Origin: Octopus sinensis
Lineage: Eukaryota
Assembly (NCBI RefSeq): GCF_006345805.1
Contig: NC_042998.1
Location: forward strand, 72,664,001-72,728,000
Reading direction: 5' to 3'
Length of the DNA stretch: 64,000 nucleotides
This document shows, in pieces, positions 41,591-55,740 of the stretch. How positions within the stretch are numbered: the first letter of the stretch is position 1; each line of letters starts with the position of its first letter. The notes below the pieces were generated by a model, which was not told where the DNA came from, searched no databases, and saw only the letters and a program-made list of their open reading frames with translations. A program made the translations under genes and the position numbers.

Positions 41591-41615
41591 TAATAATAAT
41601 AATAATAATAATAAT
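41542..41615. repeat. (TAA)n tail of the Dong element
   Basis: Direct reading. Confidence 0.95.
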
Positions 41616-42482
41616 GAGAATAATCAAATAACTGAAAACCACAGATAGAATGGACCACCGACTATACCTCCCAAAAATCAAAATAGACAATAAAACAACA
41701 TCAATAATAAATAGCATAAACTTGGTCGTCACGGAACTAATACCCACAGAAACAAATGGCAATATCACTAAGCTAAATGACATAGTATATGCAGCAGCCA
41801 CAACAGCCATAAAATAAGCTGGATACTCCCTCAAACCTATCCAAACAGGAGTACCACCACTCAAACAAACCCTGTGGATAAATAATATTTAAAAAAAAAG
41901 AGAAAAAAGAGAAAAGATATGTCGATTCTTAAGGAAATTAGTGGAGAATCAAAACTACTAAGTAACAAGAAGAAAACAAAAGTACTGTGCAAATACAACA
42001 TTATAGAAAAAATAGTTACCTGAGGTAAAAGAAAAGCTAAAGCAAGATATCCTTGCCAAAGCACAAAGGATCCGCTGGTATGAGTAGCGCCAACGTTTCT
42101 TTCAACAAAACAAACAGTTCAACCCCAACCCCACAAAATTCTACCAGGAACTTGGCAAAAATAAAATAGACATCACTGCAGCACCTACAGCAGAAGAAGT
42201 GGAAGAATGTTGGAAAGAAATATGGTCGGCGAATGAACAACCCCAGAAGAGGACTATTAAAACAACAAACTCAGCATCTGAGCAACTTTGGACCCCTATC
42301 ACAACTGAAGAGTTCCCCCAGGTATTGTGAAGTCTAAGCAACTGGAAGGCACCTGGACATGACAAGATCTCCAACTTCTGGTTAAATATATCTCATAGGA
42401 ATACACAAAAAGCTGTCTGAAAACTTTAACGACATACTAGCAGAGCCAGCGACAATGCCTGAATGGCTCATGAAAGGGAAAA
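41616..42482 (+). mobile_element. R4/Dong-type LINE N-terminal region, placed downstream of the tail
   Basis: LNDIVYAAA, LKQDILAKAQRIR.YE...QQNKQF...FYQELG, WKEIWS, LSNWKAPGHDKISNFWL and MPEWL..G, ending where 39295 begins. Confidence 0.9.
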
Positions 42483-42957
42483 ATATAAAAATACTATTGT
42501 GTTTATGAATGAGAAAGGAACAGGTGATAGATGAATAAGGAAGGAAGGGCTTATGTCATACTTGGTAGTGTACGTTGAAAAAATAAACCAACCAGCCTTT
42601 CAACTCTGTGTGAATGTGTGTGTGTATGTAAAAGGGGGATATGTGAATGTGTGTGTGTTTGCGTATGTGTGTTTGTTTGTGTGTGTGTGCATGTGTTCGT
42701 GTGCGCGCGCAATGGAAGTAGGATGGTTCATTTTGTTCGCTTAGTTTCGGGGTTGACTTTTTGATTTGGTTGAATGTTGCTTGTTTTTTTCTTGTTGGTC
42801 AGTTACTTTTAGCGTTTTGACAGAAAAATTCATTTTAGAATTGCTAAATTGTTTGTTTAACGTAAGCGTGCCCAAACAAATCGAGTGCTTACACAGAGTA
42901 GGTTTTACAGCCACATCGTCCAAACCGACCGTGTGGAACCGGGCTTAGCTGCGAGTA
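42483..42957 (-). mobile_element. Possible second Helitron-like non-autonomous element
   Basis: Minus-strand start tactcgcagctaagcccggttccacacgg resembles the start at 18021. The end acacaatagtatttttatat resembles 18510-18530. Confidence 0.4.
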
Positions 42958-42969
42958 CATATACATCTA

Positions 42970-43042
<73 letters not shown>

Positions 43043-43201
43043 CTATATATATATATATATGATGCAGCATGCAGCTTGTCAATGAACATGTCACGGTCTC
43101 AAAGCGACCAAAATATTTTAACAAGTTAAATTTAAATGTTGAAGTGAATCTAACGGATTTTGTGTGTTTCTTAAATGGCTTATATTCACCTTCCACACTG
43201 C

Positions 43202-43256
<55 letters not shown>

Positions 43257-43829
43257 ATAGTATTGCTTAGTGACAAGGGAAAGACTCTAGATGTGTAGAT
43301 TTATAGTCTTCGGTTACACACTGTGAAGGAGGAGCAGAAAGGGAAACAAAGAGACAGAGATATAGAGACATATTAAAAAACTGCGAAGCTGCCTGAACCA
43401 TGAAAAGGGGGAAAATCACGTAAAATGCCCCAATTTGAATATCATTACATTACATACTTTAATTTAATGTTTATTAATTTCTTCGCGCACGCACAAAATG
43501 ATTTTAAATTGAATTCTAATTGACTAAAAAATATCCGGATTCATGTTTTTAAGTTAAATATATGTTCTCTGCGTTTATAATGTAAAATTCAGAGAATATA
43601 CATTTTAAGCAATTACCTGAATTCGGAAATTTTTTTACGTCATTGTTTGTAACGAAAGTTAAAAAAAAAGTTTCTCTGTTGGAGAGATAGCTTCAATAAT
43701 GAATAATTTATTCTCTCTATCGAAAAATCTCTGTGCAACTTTTGTAAGCCGGTAGTCAAGCAATGTAGATGCAAAGACACAAAGCATATAGCATTGGTTT
43801 GTTTTGAGCTATTGTTTTGAGCTACTGTT

Positions 43830-43905
43830 GAAGACGACACTTGTCCAAGGTGCCGGAGTGGAACTGAACACGAAACAACACGCAATGGAAGGCAAATTTG
43901 TTAGT
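43830..43905 (-). mobile_element. SINE family B head fragment
   Basis: gacacttgtccaaggtgcc...gtggaactgaac is the reverse complement of gttcagtcccac...ggcaccttgggcaagtgtc. Confidence 0.6.
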
Positions 43906-43970
43906 GACACAGTCAAACAAGTGTATGTATAGGCACACACACGCATACACATATACATGTATATACAGAA

Positions 43971-44016
<46 letters not shown>

Positions 44017-44106
44017 CATACATGCAAGCATATGTGCATACATAAATATATATACATATATGTGTGTGTGTGTGTGTACATATATACATATACATGTGCG
44101 TGTATA

Positions 44107-44154
<48 letters not shown>

Positions 44155-44984
44155 ATACTTGCTGAAATATTTAGAGATCACACTGTTTAGTAAAAGGCAA
44201 AACATTGCTTTGTTATTTTGTCCAAACAACGTATGGGCAATAATTGATATGATCATTATAAGAGCGAAAAGGATATCGAAATAGTAGGCGATAATTCAAA
44301 GAGAATGTTGGTTTGGCGATTCTTTGTTGTATTGTTTTGCCATATTGTTTTGTTAGCCCTGTTTGAAACTTTGACCATTGTATCTGTTTCTTTATAATCA
44401 ATCGGATCTTTGCAGTTAAAGAATGTCATTTACTAGTTGAATAGTTTCATGGATTTGGAATCTCCACAAGGAATTTCGTTCCTATGGAAAGAGCAATTAT
44501 ATCATGCAAAGGCCACTTACATCATTCAAATTATCTCCGGTAACGTTGAAATAGACTCTCACCTAATCCGTACGTGCCACTCTGACGTATTCTCCAACAT
44601 TAAACACATAAGTCCGTTTGTGCATATAAAAGAAATCCATATACACGTAGGTGTGTACTCAACAGATTACTGATGAATAGAATTCCTGAATGGAGATGTT
44701 TGGAGAAAATTTCCTCTAAAGCTGGAATGGGTCACGTAAATGTTTGACTTCAAACAACGAGTTACAACACAATTAGGATATCGCATTATTGCCGACAATA
44801 AAAGACACATGGAATAGCTATTGAATTGCTTAAAATAAACTGCAAATGTTGAAACATTGCTTTTTATGCTTCAGTGCATCCATTACGTCCAACATTTATC
44901 TCTACATATGGCAGGAGAAATTTTATATCCAATCGACATTTTGGGGAAGATATATATGCTTATAAACACACATGCATATTATAT

Positions 44985-45121
<137 letters not shown>

Positions 45122-45416
45122 CAGACATGTGAGCATACTCACACACACATGCATACACACTTGTCGCGCGCACACAATTATACATATGCATACTTGCCTG
45201 CATGAATGTTTATGTATATATATATATATATATATATATTATACACATATATATATACACACGTACACACCCATATATGTATGTATTTGTATAGATATAT
45301 AAATAGATAGTCAGATAGATAGATGGATACATTGATAGATCGAAAGTTAGATAGATTGATTGGTCAATAGATAGATAGATAGATACATAAATACATAGAT
45401 AGACAGATAGACGGAC

Positions 45417-45473
<57 letters not shown>

Positions 45474-46187
45474 TATAGATAGATAGATAGTTAGATAAAT
45501 GGTTGGTTGGATGCATGGATTGATGGATGGATGGATTGGTGGGTGGACAACAAAATATTTGCAAGCAGTTGATCAAACAGTAGCACTCGCATACACTAGC
45601 CACCCTTCGGTGTCTCAATGCATACATACATTCATACTTATATACATACACACATGCAGACATAGACATATGTATATATATATGTTTGTGTGTGTGTATG
45701 AGTGTGCGTGCGCACGTATATGTGTATGTTCATGTGTGCGTGCGAGTGTCTGAATTTGTGAATGTATGTGTAAGTGTGTGTACGTGTGTGTATCTCTGTA
45801 TTTAAATGTTGAAGTCAGGAGTAAGTTGATACCCACAAAGGTGTAGTTTGAACGGTACGTGGAATAGCTGGTCAGGATAGATTACTAAAGAGAATATATT
45901 CTAGTGAGATAACGATATCGGTTGTGGTTAGTGTGAGAAAAGGTAAGGGATGGAAGCAGAGGGATGGTGACGGGAGAGAGATAGACTTGCATTTCTTCTG
46001 CAGGGAGATATAGAACGTAAAGAACTAAATCCGAGGAAATGGGGACTTTATAGTAGATTGAAGAAAGAAAAGGCTCATATGAGTATATGTATGTGCGTGA
46101 TAGCGTGTGTACGAAAGAGTGTGAAGCTTTGTGTATGCTTTGCAAGGATATGATATTATTCGGAACGTATTATTTAATGATAATTTT

Positions 46188-46355
46188 GGTGGTGAGCTGG
46201 CGGAATCGTTAGCAAGCCGGGCAAAATGCTTAGCGGTATTTCGCCCTTTGCTACTTTCTGAGTTCAAATCCCACCGAGGTCGACATTGCCTTTCATCCTT
46301 TTGGTATCGATAAATTAAGTACCAGTGAAACGCTTTGGTCGATGTAATCGACTAG
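46188..46355 (+). mobile_element. SINE family A
   Basis: ggtgagctggcggaatcgttagc...aaatgcttagcggtatttcg...gagttcaaatccc...ctttcatcctttt...taaattaagtaccag. Confidence 0.85.
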
Positions 46356-47627
46356 CAGGGAAACAAGTCTAGTTTGGGGATTCACGCATTATTCTTTGTT
46401 TGAGTTTTTCCGGGTTATAGGTATGTGCATTACATCAGTAACTTTCATAGTTGCTTTTCATGGTTGAAAGGTAGAGCGTATTCGCTTGTTGTTATTATTA
46501 GTATAGAAGCTGCTGTTTGACCTATCAGTAAACATCAAAGGACAAGCGTTTCCGGTGATGTGTAATATGTAGATGCTTGGTGATTGGACAATATGAGAAA
46601 TATCTGAGGACATTTATAATGATATCTAATCACCATATCGAGGATATATTTATAGATACTGTGATGATTTTGTAGAGGTTAGGTTTGAAGTGACGTCAAA
46701 GAAATTAAGTTTATCGCTAGATGCTGTAGATAGTTGAGTAGAGCTAAAAGAAAGCTGTTGTACAGGCAGCTTTAGTTGAGGTGGGGCGGTAAAAAATAAC
46801 TGTGCATATGAAGTTTGCCTAGAGATCGAGAGAGGTAGAGAGAGAGGAGAGAAAGAAAGATAGGAGAAAGAAAGAAAGATAGAAGGAGAGAGGGGCGAAT
46901 TGAGCTACATGTCCTCGATGGTGCAAGAGTCGTAGGATGACAGGTATGGTCTTGAGGATAAGGAGAATATATACAAGAACTCAATCTTCACATGCACATA
47001 CACCGCATATAATATTTGAAAATATGGCCTAAGCCGCGTAAATGGTCGGTTTTGAACAGGAAACACAAACAAGTGGTAATATAAGTCTGAAATATTCGAC
47101 CATCAGATCGTATGTGAAAGCGCATTTGTAAAGATATAGCATTCTATGATCCTCTTAGAGACTCCTCTTGAAAGAAAATATCTGACTGTTATTCACAACA
47201 GACACAGAATTCATTTATAGGCATGTAATGCGCGAGTTAACGGAGCGTCGTAATATGGAATTGCCTTCGTGTAGAAGAGAGCCTTATTTCAATAAGGTTT
47301 GTTTGATATACAAATGTACACAAATGAAAAGGAAGTATTGTTGATAAGTTAAACGTATGAGAAACAAAGATATCTACCAGTGTCCTTGAGTGGAAATGCT
47401 GAAAATCAAACTACCAGTTACAAACCGTAGGAAATGAAAATGGAAAATGTTCCGATAATTGTTAGAGCTACCAAACATTTATCCATATATGTGCGTCTAT
47501 ATGTGTATGTTTCACTATATGTGAGTATAACGACATAAAAGTATAGCGGTGTACATATACACACATATATATGCATACACGCAAACACACACACACACAT
47601 ATACATATATATATATATATATACATA

Positions 47628-47672
47628 TATCACCTGTCTTCGTCTTTTGTTTTTTTTGTAAATTCTGCCTAT
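47628..47672 (+). repeat. Remnant of the Penelope-like terminal repeat 3' end
   Basis: cacctgtcttcgtcttttgttttttt...aattc matches 51706-51736. Confidence 0.55.
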
Positions 47673-47674
47673 AT

Positions 47675-47717
<43 letters not shown>

Positions 47718-48117
47718 ATATATATTCACACATATTAGTCTTAAAAGCAATATCCAGTAATGCTATTGTACACAAATGAAGGATATAATAAAAAACATTC
47801 AAAGGTATGAAAGGATTTATAGATATAAAGATATATATTGACATTGATGTAATATATATATTTTTGAGAGTGGGGCGTACTTTTGTTTTCATATAAACTA
47901 ATAACTCCAGGTATAAAATAGATTAAAATATCATTTCATTGTAAATATCATATTATTTTCTTTCACTGTATGGAGGCATGGAAGTAATAAATTTCATATA
48001 TTCTATTTATGTGCATGAACATATTAAATACCAAAATGCAAACAAATTCAGAGAAATATTCACATGTACACACACAAAATTAGACACCTATACATACATA
48101 CATATGTATATATATAT

Positions 48118-48166
<49 letters not shown>

Positions 48167-48486
48167 TATATATATATATATATATATGGTGTGTATATCT
48201 ATATATATATATATAGCAAGATAAAGAGGGGTAGAGAGAGAGATAGTAGAGAGAGAGAGAGAGACCGAGTAATATGTCTATAGGGAATGAGGAGGGGAGA
48301 GATGGACAAACGTATGAACCTATTCAGTACTATTTCAGGTCATTTAAGCGATATATTAAAGATAGTGCACATGCCTGATTTGGTAGTCAGTTCAAGGGCT
48401 CTATCTCAACACACACACACACACACGAATATAAATGCACGTATATATGTATATATGTATGTGTTTATTTATATATATATAATATA

Positions 48487-48631
<145 letters not shown>

Positions 48632-49512
48632 GTCTATGAGGGTGGGTGTATTTGTGTGTGTTAACATGCTTTTCCCAAAGACAGCTATATATGACACAAA
48701 ATGTTTGTGGCGATGATAGGTTTCTCTATGAATGCAGACAGCGAGATAAAGAACACCGTTTGACGGACTTATAAAGGGAAACTGAAGGGGGGTTAGAGGG
48801 GAATGGAGGAAATAGCGTGAGTGAGGAAGACAGATACGTAAAAGAATGGGAGTGGACTTGTCAAAGTGGGTTTTCGGCCCTAGCAACGACACCTTTTAAG
48901 ATAGGGATTTCTAAGGTAGCTGACGGGCATCGTCACCTCATTTTACATGTCCCTGTAAATTTTGGAGTCAATCCGACGGGGTGTAGTGGCCTTGAAAGCG
49001 ATCCAAGCGGTTGAAACGCATTTCAGTTTTATATATATATATATATCGTTGCCTTTACGTTAAACTGTCGTATGTCCAAATGCTTTTTTTCTTTTTCAGT
49101 ACTTATTTTTACTCGCAATCGACGGTTCTTCTGGTCAAACTAACGAATCTCTAATTGCTTCAGTTTCCAAGATATCAATATATTGTCAAAGAAAGTGTAG
49201 TACAACTATTTTGCTGTTGGACGCTGAAACTGTTTCTCGTTTTCGGAAAAAGCAAGGTTTTGGACTTACGACACTTCTGCATAATAGCAATGATAAGTAT
49301 ATACATGTACTTATATGTGTATGTGTAGGTACGTATGCATATATGCATACATACATGCATATATTCATACACACATACAAATTATATACATTTTTTAAAT
49401 TAAAGCTACCAAAACATCACAAATAAACTGCTACTGCTAATCAGAAATTCCCGTTCCCGTTCGTCAGGCAGTTCTGATCAAGAATGTTTATCGCAACTTC
49501 CCGACGAATGTG

Positions 49513-50555
49513 AATGTGAGGTGCTATTTAGCACCTCACATTTATGCTGTGTATAGGGAGGGTGCCATAGCTGAAAGAACCGCTCGTGATTGGTATGCCA
49601 AGTTCAAAAATGGAAACTTTGACCTCAATGACGCACCTCGTTCCGGCCGTCCAATTGAGTTCAATGAAGAGCGATTAAACCAACTTTTACACGAATATTG
49701 TCGTCAAACGACTAGAAAACTGGCAGAGAAAATGGAATACTCCCACACTATTATAGAGAATCATCTTCACTCGATGGGAAAGGTTCAGAAGTATTGAGCA
49801 TGGCTTCCGGATGCTTTCAGTGACAACAACAAAAGTCAACGAGCCACAATCTCCGTTGGATTGTTTGCTCGTCACCAATCAACTTATGGACACAAGCAAC
49901 GATTTCTTTAGCGAATCGTTACTGGCGACGAAAAATGGTGCCTTTACATCAATATGAAGCAGCGTAAGGAATGGCTTAGCCAGGTAAACAAGCGACATCG
50001 CGTGTGGAACAATATCTTCATCCGCGTAAAACGTTGTTGTGCGTATGGTGGGACTGGGAATGTGGGACTACGAATTGCTTGAACGGAACCAAACCGTCAA
50101 CCCGGAACTCTATATTCAACAAACAGAACAGCTCAAAACGGCTATTCAAGAGAAAATACCTAATCGGTAGCATGGAGTTCTTCCGCTGCACGACAACGCC
50201 CGTCCACATATCATCAATTTGACCAAAAAACCCATTCAAACGCATGGCTGGGAAGTGCTGCCGTACTCTCCTGATTTGGCACCAACAGATTTCCACCTCT
50301 TCCGATTTATTTGAAATGCTATGCGCGTAGATTCGTTCGATACTGATGCACAATTAAGGTTGGATCAATTTTTCGCGTCGATATCGGGTGAATTCTATCA
50401 ATGAAGTATTGAAAATCTTGTTGAACGTTGGGAAGAGGATGTAAAGAAAAAGGGTGAATACATTATTGACTAATTAGTTGTTATTTCTTATTAAGCCTTT
50501 AAAAAATTTGAAATTTGAAAAGAAAAACGGTGGCAACTTTGTGGCCAACCCAATA
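49513..50555 (+). mobile_element. Mariner (Mos1-like, DD34D-type) relic, 5' end lost, right TIR retained
   Basis: WYAKFKNG...RSGRP, W.P, TGDEKW, LCVWWD, HDNARPH and YSPDLAPTD (D..D spacing 31, consistent with loss of HPP). In-frame stops are present. It ends ...ggccaacccaa|TA. Confidence 0.92.
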
Positions 50556-51133
50556 TAAGAATATGCATGTATGTGTATTCGTAAATGCGATCATTATCTC
50601 CATCTCAAAAGGGATATTGTGTTTGAATAGAGAATATTGCATCATTTAATTTGAGGCGACCTCTCAAATGGATTCGTGTTACATAAAAGCGTTTTATTTA
50701 CATCGTTCACAGAGGAGAACAGTCTATGTATACACACAAAATTATATTTTAAAATATACATATATGTACGCGTGTTCGCAAACGCACACACATATATGTA
50801 TATATGTCTGCTAGGGTCAGTGCTATGTGTTAACCAGCATGCCAGTGCCGGGATGTTGTAACACTCTGGTCGTTTTCCGAGTACATAGTAAGCACACAGG
50901 GAGTGAGAGGGTGAGGGATCACTGTTCTTAAGGCATGTCACTACAAGTATGCTCAATCATATATAAAAAAAAACCTCCGCTCTTCTGAGTCGACCGTCAT
51001 GCACTTCATTGACACTCTTTCCCTTGGTATAGGTTGTGAAAGTCGTGGTGTTGTGAAAGGCATACTGGACTTGCATAGGCATTGCTGAGATCTGTCAGCG
51101 CCGAAAATGCTCATTCGAGTGAAGGCAATTATC

Positions 51134-51169
<36 letters not shown>

Positions 51170-51469
51170 CAGAGATGTAATTGCATAGCAAGTGACCTGA
51201 TCTCAACTCGTGTGCTGGAACGAAAACAATTGCAGCGTGGAAGGTGTTTATAAGCCATTTAAGAAAAACATATATAAGCGTATATGTGTGTATACTTTAA
51301 GATTATACGTATATTTGTGAGTATGTGTAAGTGTCTATATGATTGTGTGTTGTTGTATATATGTATAAGGTTATATGTGCATATATGTATCTAAGACGTT
51401 GCAACCATTCACCGTTAGACGGTGCTGAGAGGGGAAAACGCACGCACACTCATATATATATATACACGC

Positions 51470-51737
51470 ACGCGCAATTTCCCTTTTGGGATCACCACTA
51501 CTTTATTATCTTCCCTCCTCCCTAGGTCTCCTGCGTGACCCTTCTGTCCAGAATTCGCCATGATAGATCGCGAGCCACTACACATTCTTAATTTCTCTCC
51601 ATGTCTCTTTCTGTGTTCCTTTCTGTGGAAGAGCGTAGGTTCGAAACGTTATAGACTTCTTCACTTCGCGAGCGTTATAAAAATACAAATGTTTATTGTC
51701 TATACCACCTGTCTTCGTCTTTTTTTTGTGAATTCAT

Positions 51738-51745
<8 letters not shown>
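51470..51745 (+). mobile_element. Solo terminal repeat of the Penelope-like family at 61.8-64 kb
   Basis: ttttgggatcaccacta.tttattatct and gagcgtagg.tcg are shared with 63837-64000. Confidence 0.75.
51620..51654 (+). ncRNA. Variant hammerhead-like motif
   Basis: UUU-CUGUGGA-A-GAGC(GUAG)GUUC-GAAA-CGUU. U replaces the canonical A6. Confidence 0.4.
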
Positions 51746-51810
<65 letters not shown>

Positions 51811-52960
51811 AAATGAAAGAATTTATTACTAATCACGACAATTGTTTCGTCACATCTAGGATCGTTCCTTCATAGGTCGGTCACTCAGCAACTAGTTCAG
51901 GAACATCCGGCCGTGCAGATATATCTGCAACTCGTTAAAATGACATTTCCGCAATGTTTTCTAGAAAGAAAAGCAGCCAGGCGGAGGAAATATCTTCGTT
52001 TATATAGAACATCAAGTATAAGATCACACGCAATACAGCGATGAGAAGTGGAGGTCAGAAAACTGACGCGGGGTGCAGACTATCATCACGACCGCTATAA
52101 AGAGTTAAAACCGTGTGCATGTCCGTGTGTATGTGAGTGTGTATACATTTAGGTACGGATGTACGTATGGATGTATTCATCCAGTCACTTATAGTAAGTG
52201 AAGCAGCAAAATTTACCTCTCGTACCTAGATGAAAAAAGAAGAGAATAGTTGCCTGCCGTCCGGATCCACCATGATTATAAAACCCTTAAAGGCAAGCAT
52301 TCCCAACACTCATACCAAGCAACTATGTTTTTGTTGCCTGCACATCTCAACCACATACAAAACTCTTTATAGATCTGTCTGGTCATTGCCACCTTTGATT
52401 TTGACTTGCCTTTTCTCCAGCAGCCATGAACCGGATCTGATATCACTTCAGCTCCATTAATAGAGAGAAGCCACTATTTTTCCACACCTTCCTTCTCTAA
52501 CCAGAGTAGTACTTAGTCAATCTTCCGATCAGCTAATATCCGGCGCCAAAATAAGAAAATTATCTCTTTGTATGATCGGCTGCAGTGGATCTGTAATATT
52601 TTATACTTTGATTTATATACTCACTGTATTAGCAAATAGGAAAGCGCCTATATTTCTTGGCCGTTAACTTATACGTTTTTAAGTGTTATACTAGCTTTGT
52701 ATAGAATGGTATTATTTGTCCACTAATTAACATCACATAAATCCATGTGCTCTTCAGCAAAATCTTCCATAAATTTTAACATGAAAGCAGTCGACGCTTC
52801 TTTAATGCCTTTAAAGGTTCACTTTTCGCTCTGCAATACATAGATGTACAAAAAAAAAATACACGTATATATATATATATATGTACGTTTATGTGTATAT
52901 ATGAGTGTGTATACTTATATTTATATATATATATATAATATATATATATATATTATATAT

Positions 52961-53005
<45 letters not shown>

Positions 53006-55740
53006 GTTTCTATACACACACATACACACGCATAACACACACTCACACACACACAATACACATCACTCAGCAGAAAGTTCTCTAAAAGAGATTAAAGAAA
53101 TTGTCAACTGCGTTCATGTTAACATTTATCAAAGATTTTGACGCAGAGCAAATGGAATCATGTGATGTTAACATCTAGATAAGTAATATATTTCAATGCA
53201 ATCCTACTATTACTCTTAAGAACGTCTAAGAAAAACCTGCAGTGCTCGGGGTAATGAAATTACTTATCGTGTATAACACGAGTGGAATACAAACTGGAAA
53301 AATCATTATGGCGATATGAAAAATGCGGCACCATATTGGATGGTTTATTAGGATAATAAAATATAGCAGATGTACAACTTGTGCAACAAAATAACAAGCT
53401 TGTACGGCTATTCTTCACACCAATTGGTTCAAGTAAATCTAATTATTTCAAAGCACACATTCAGAATGCTGAGCGAAAAACGATGTTCCCTTTGAAAAGT
53501 ACCCAAATGAGCCAGTATAAATCATGCCTGCTTCCAGTTCACATGTATAATGCCAAATGTCGAGGAGAAATAACATTACCATTAAGACTCTTCTCAAGGT
53601 GGTCTTGAATCATTCTCGCCGAACATCTGGAACGAAGAAAAGGGATTTCAACCAGAATTCATTGTGAATATGTAGATGAAAGGATTTTGTAAGAATATGG
53701 ACAATAAATCTGCACACGATACACGCTGAAATTGTCTCCATATATGTAAAATGAAATGTATGAAATACTCCCCAAATGTGTAAAATATATAACGAGACTG
53801 CACGTGCAAAAATCCAGTAGTTGAATGCAGGTTCAAGAGACTTAAGCTTTACAGAAATACATTTAGATGTACAGTCCAAAAACAAAAAACCGAAGGCTAG
53901 AGGTAATACCAACTGCATTGCTTGAGCAATAACGAATCTTGTAGCAAAGAAAAAAAAAGCGAGCATGCTTTCGCTGTTGAGTTGACCCTTGGCTATGTGA
54001 CAGTGTTGTACAAATATGTACAATATGACAGCTAGGGTTCTGCGGATTGCAATTATTCTTACTGTCGAATTCGTTATGTGTTCTCTTGGTTACAATCTCT
54101 CGAGTCGATTACTCTCGTAGCCTAAACTTGCACTTACATGATACAAAATATTGTAACACTCATCCACTAATTTATGAAACTATCCAATCTCCTTTATTTT
54201 TACAGTTAAAACCTGGATTGTATTAAGTCGTCACGAATTTTGCAGGAGATCTCGATATGATATTTACTGTATACTATCATAATAACTATTTTTGCTTTAT
54301 AAATGAGATTGCTAAGGATTTCATACACAGAAAAAGCTTTCGCTCAAGTATACGAGAAAATACTTTAAGTACAGAGACACTAAAAAATTCTTTCCGAATT
54401 TGCACAACCTCGTAAAAACAAGAGATAAATATCAGTCAAAGAACATTACACTGCAGATGAAACAAGAAATAGATAATATAGTACGGAGTAAATATGCTAA
54501 AAATAAAGATGGGATGTTCACGAATGGATGGCTTTATAGTTCTGCATGATCAAGATTGACACGAGTAAATCAACGTCATCGTCTTAGTGGAGTTCAATGT
54601 TCCGATTCTTTATTTTATATTATATATATTCTGATTATTTTCCATAAAGCGAGCACGTTATTCAATCCATCATTTTAGGCATGCCAAGTCTAGAATTGAC
54701 CGATATGTTCACTTTCCTTAAATTAATGTCAGAGATTTCTAAGATCGCATTAACTACATAAATCAATACAGGAATCAATTTCGCATGTAACTTCTGCAGA
54801 CACAACTGCTTCATTTTCAGTAAGATATTTAGAAACACGTAGACCTCTATTATGTAATATATAACGAATTACGCCAGGAATGAACTCGATTTTAATGAAA
54901 AGTGCAATATAAGTCTACGAAAGGGTTTCAGCAGAAAGTGGAAATATATTTTCAGCTATCTTTTTAATGAGGTGTTTTGACCCATAAAGCTCAAAGTATG
55001 ACGTACCTATGTTTCTAGGTGTATGCATACATGCATACAAGCAGGCACACACAGACGCAAACACACAAAAATACACGCATATACGTGTGTGTCTGTGTAT
55101 GTGCATACGTTTATGTATGTGCTAATTTCAATTATCTAAAGTCTTCCTGTAAGTAAAATATAGATTTCTGACAAAGGTTCGAAGCTCCGTCTTTTGAGAT
55201 AACGTAATAATGTTACTCGCTGAACAGGAGAAAATTCGTGGTTTAACTGTTCCAGTTATTAACAAAACCAAGTGCAACAGTTATTATTGTTATAATTATG
55301 AGTATAGATGGAAGGCTTGAGTCTTCCAACCAAAATATCCGTAGTTATTCTCTTTTATCAGAGCCGCCGAGCGATATGATGTTACATACATATTCTTATC
55401 AATCGCATACAGTTCCATCTGGCTGAGATATTTGCATATAGCCATCGCATTTTCTGAAATAATGATATTGCATTTAATAACAAAATAGGTAAAAGTACAG
55501 AAAATCTATCGCCTTCGATTACTACACTTTGAAATATATATATAACACTGTTGACGATAATTTCGCTCTCAGGTGTTGTCCGGGAAGCGACTAAAGTGAC
55601 AAATAAGCACAGTCTTAAGCAAGCTTACGTTGGGAACAGATTTGAATGCTTTCCTATAATCAATTCATAATCCACAAGTATTCGCGGTCTTTTCATATTT
55701 CGATTAGTAGAATCATAAGTTCCCCGTGCTTCCTACATAC

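Noticed and set aside
45840-46990. Purine-rich blocks that might be minus-strand Penelope remnants (also 48780-49020 and 4140-4560)
   Set aside because: Composition is suggestive but no protein motif or clear match to the 61.8-64 kb element could be read.
49100-49426. Plus-strand open frame after a strong polypyrimidine acceptor
   Set aside because: No convincing donor, the frame runs into microsatellite, and the peptide is not recognisable.
53608-53665. WNEEKGFQPEFI resembling the cytochrome P450 PERF region
   Set aside because: No Arg in the motif, no correctly spaced ExxR or heme-binding motif, and stops nearby.
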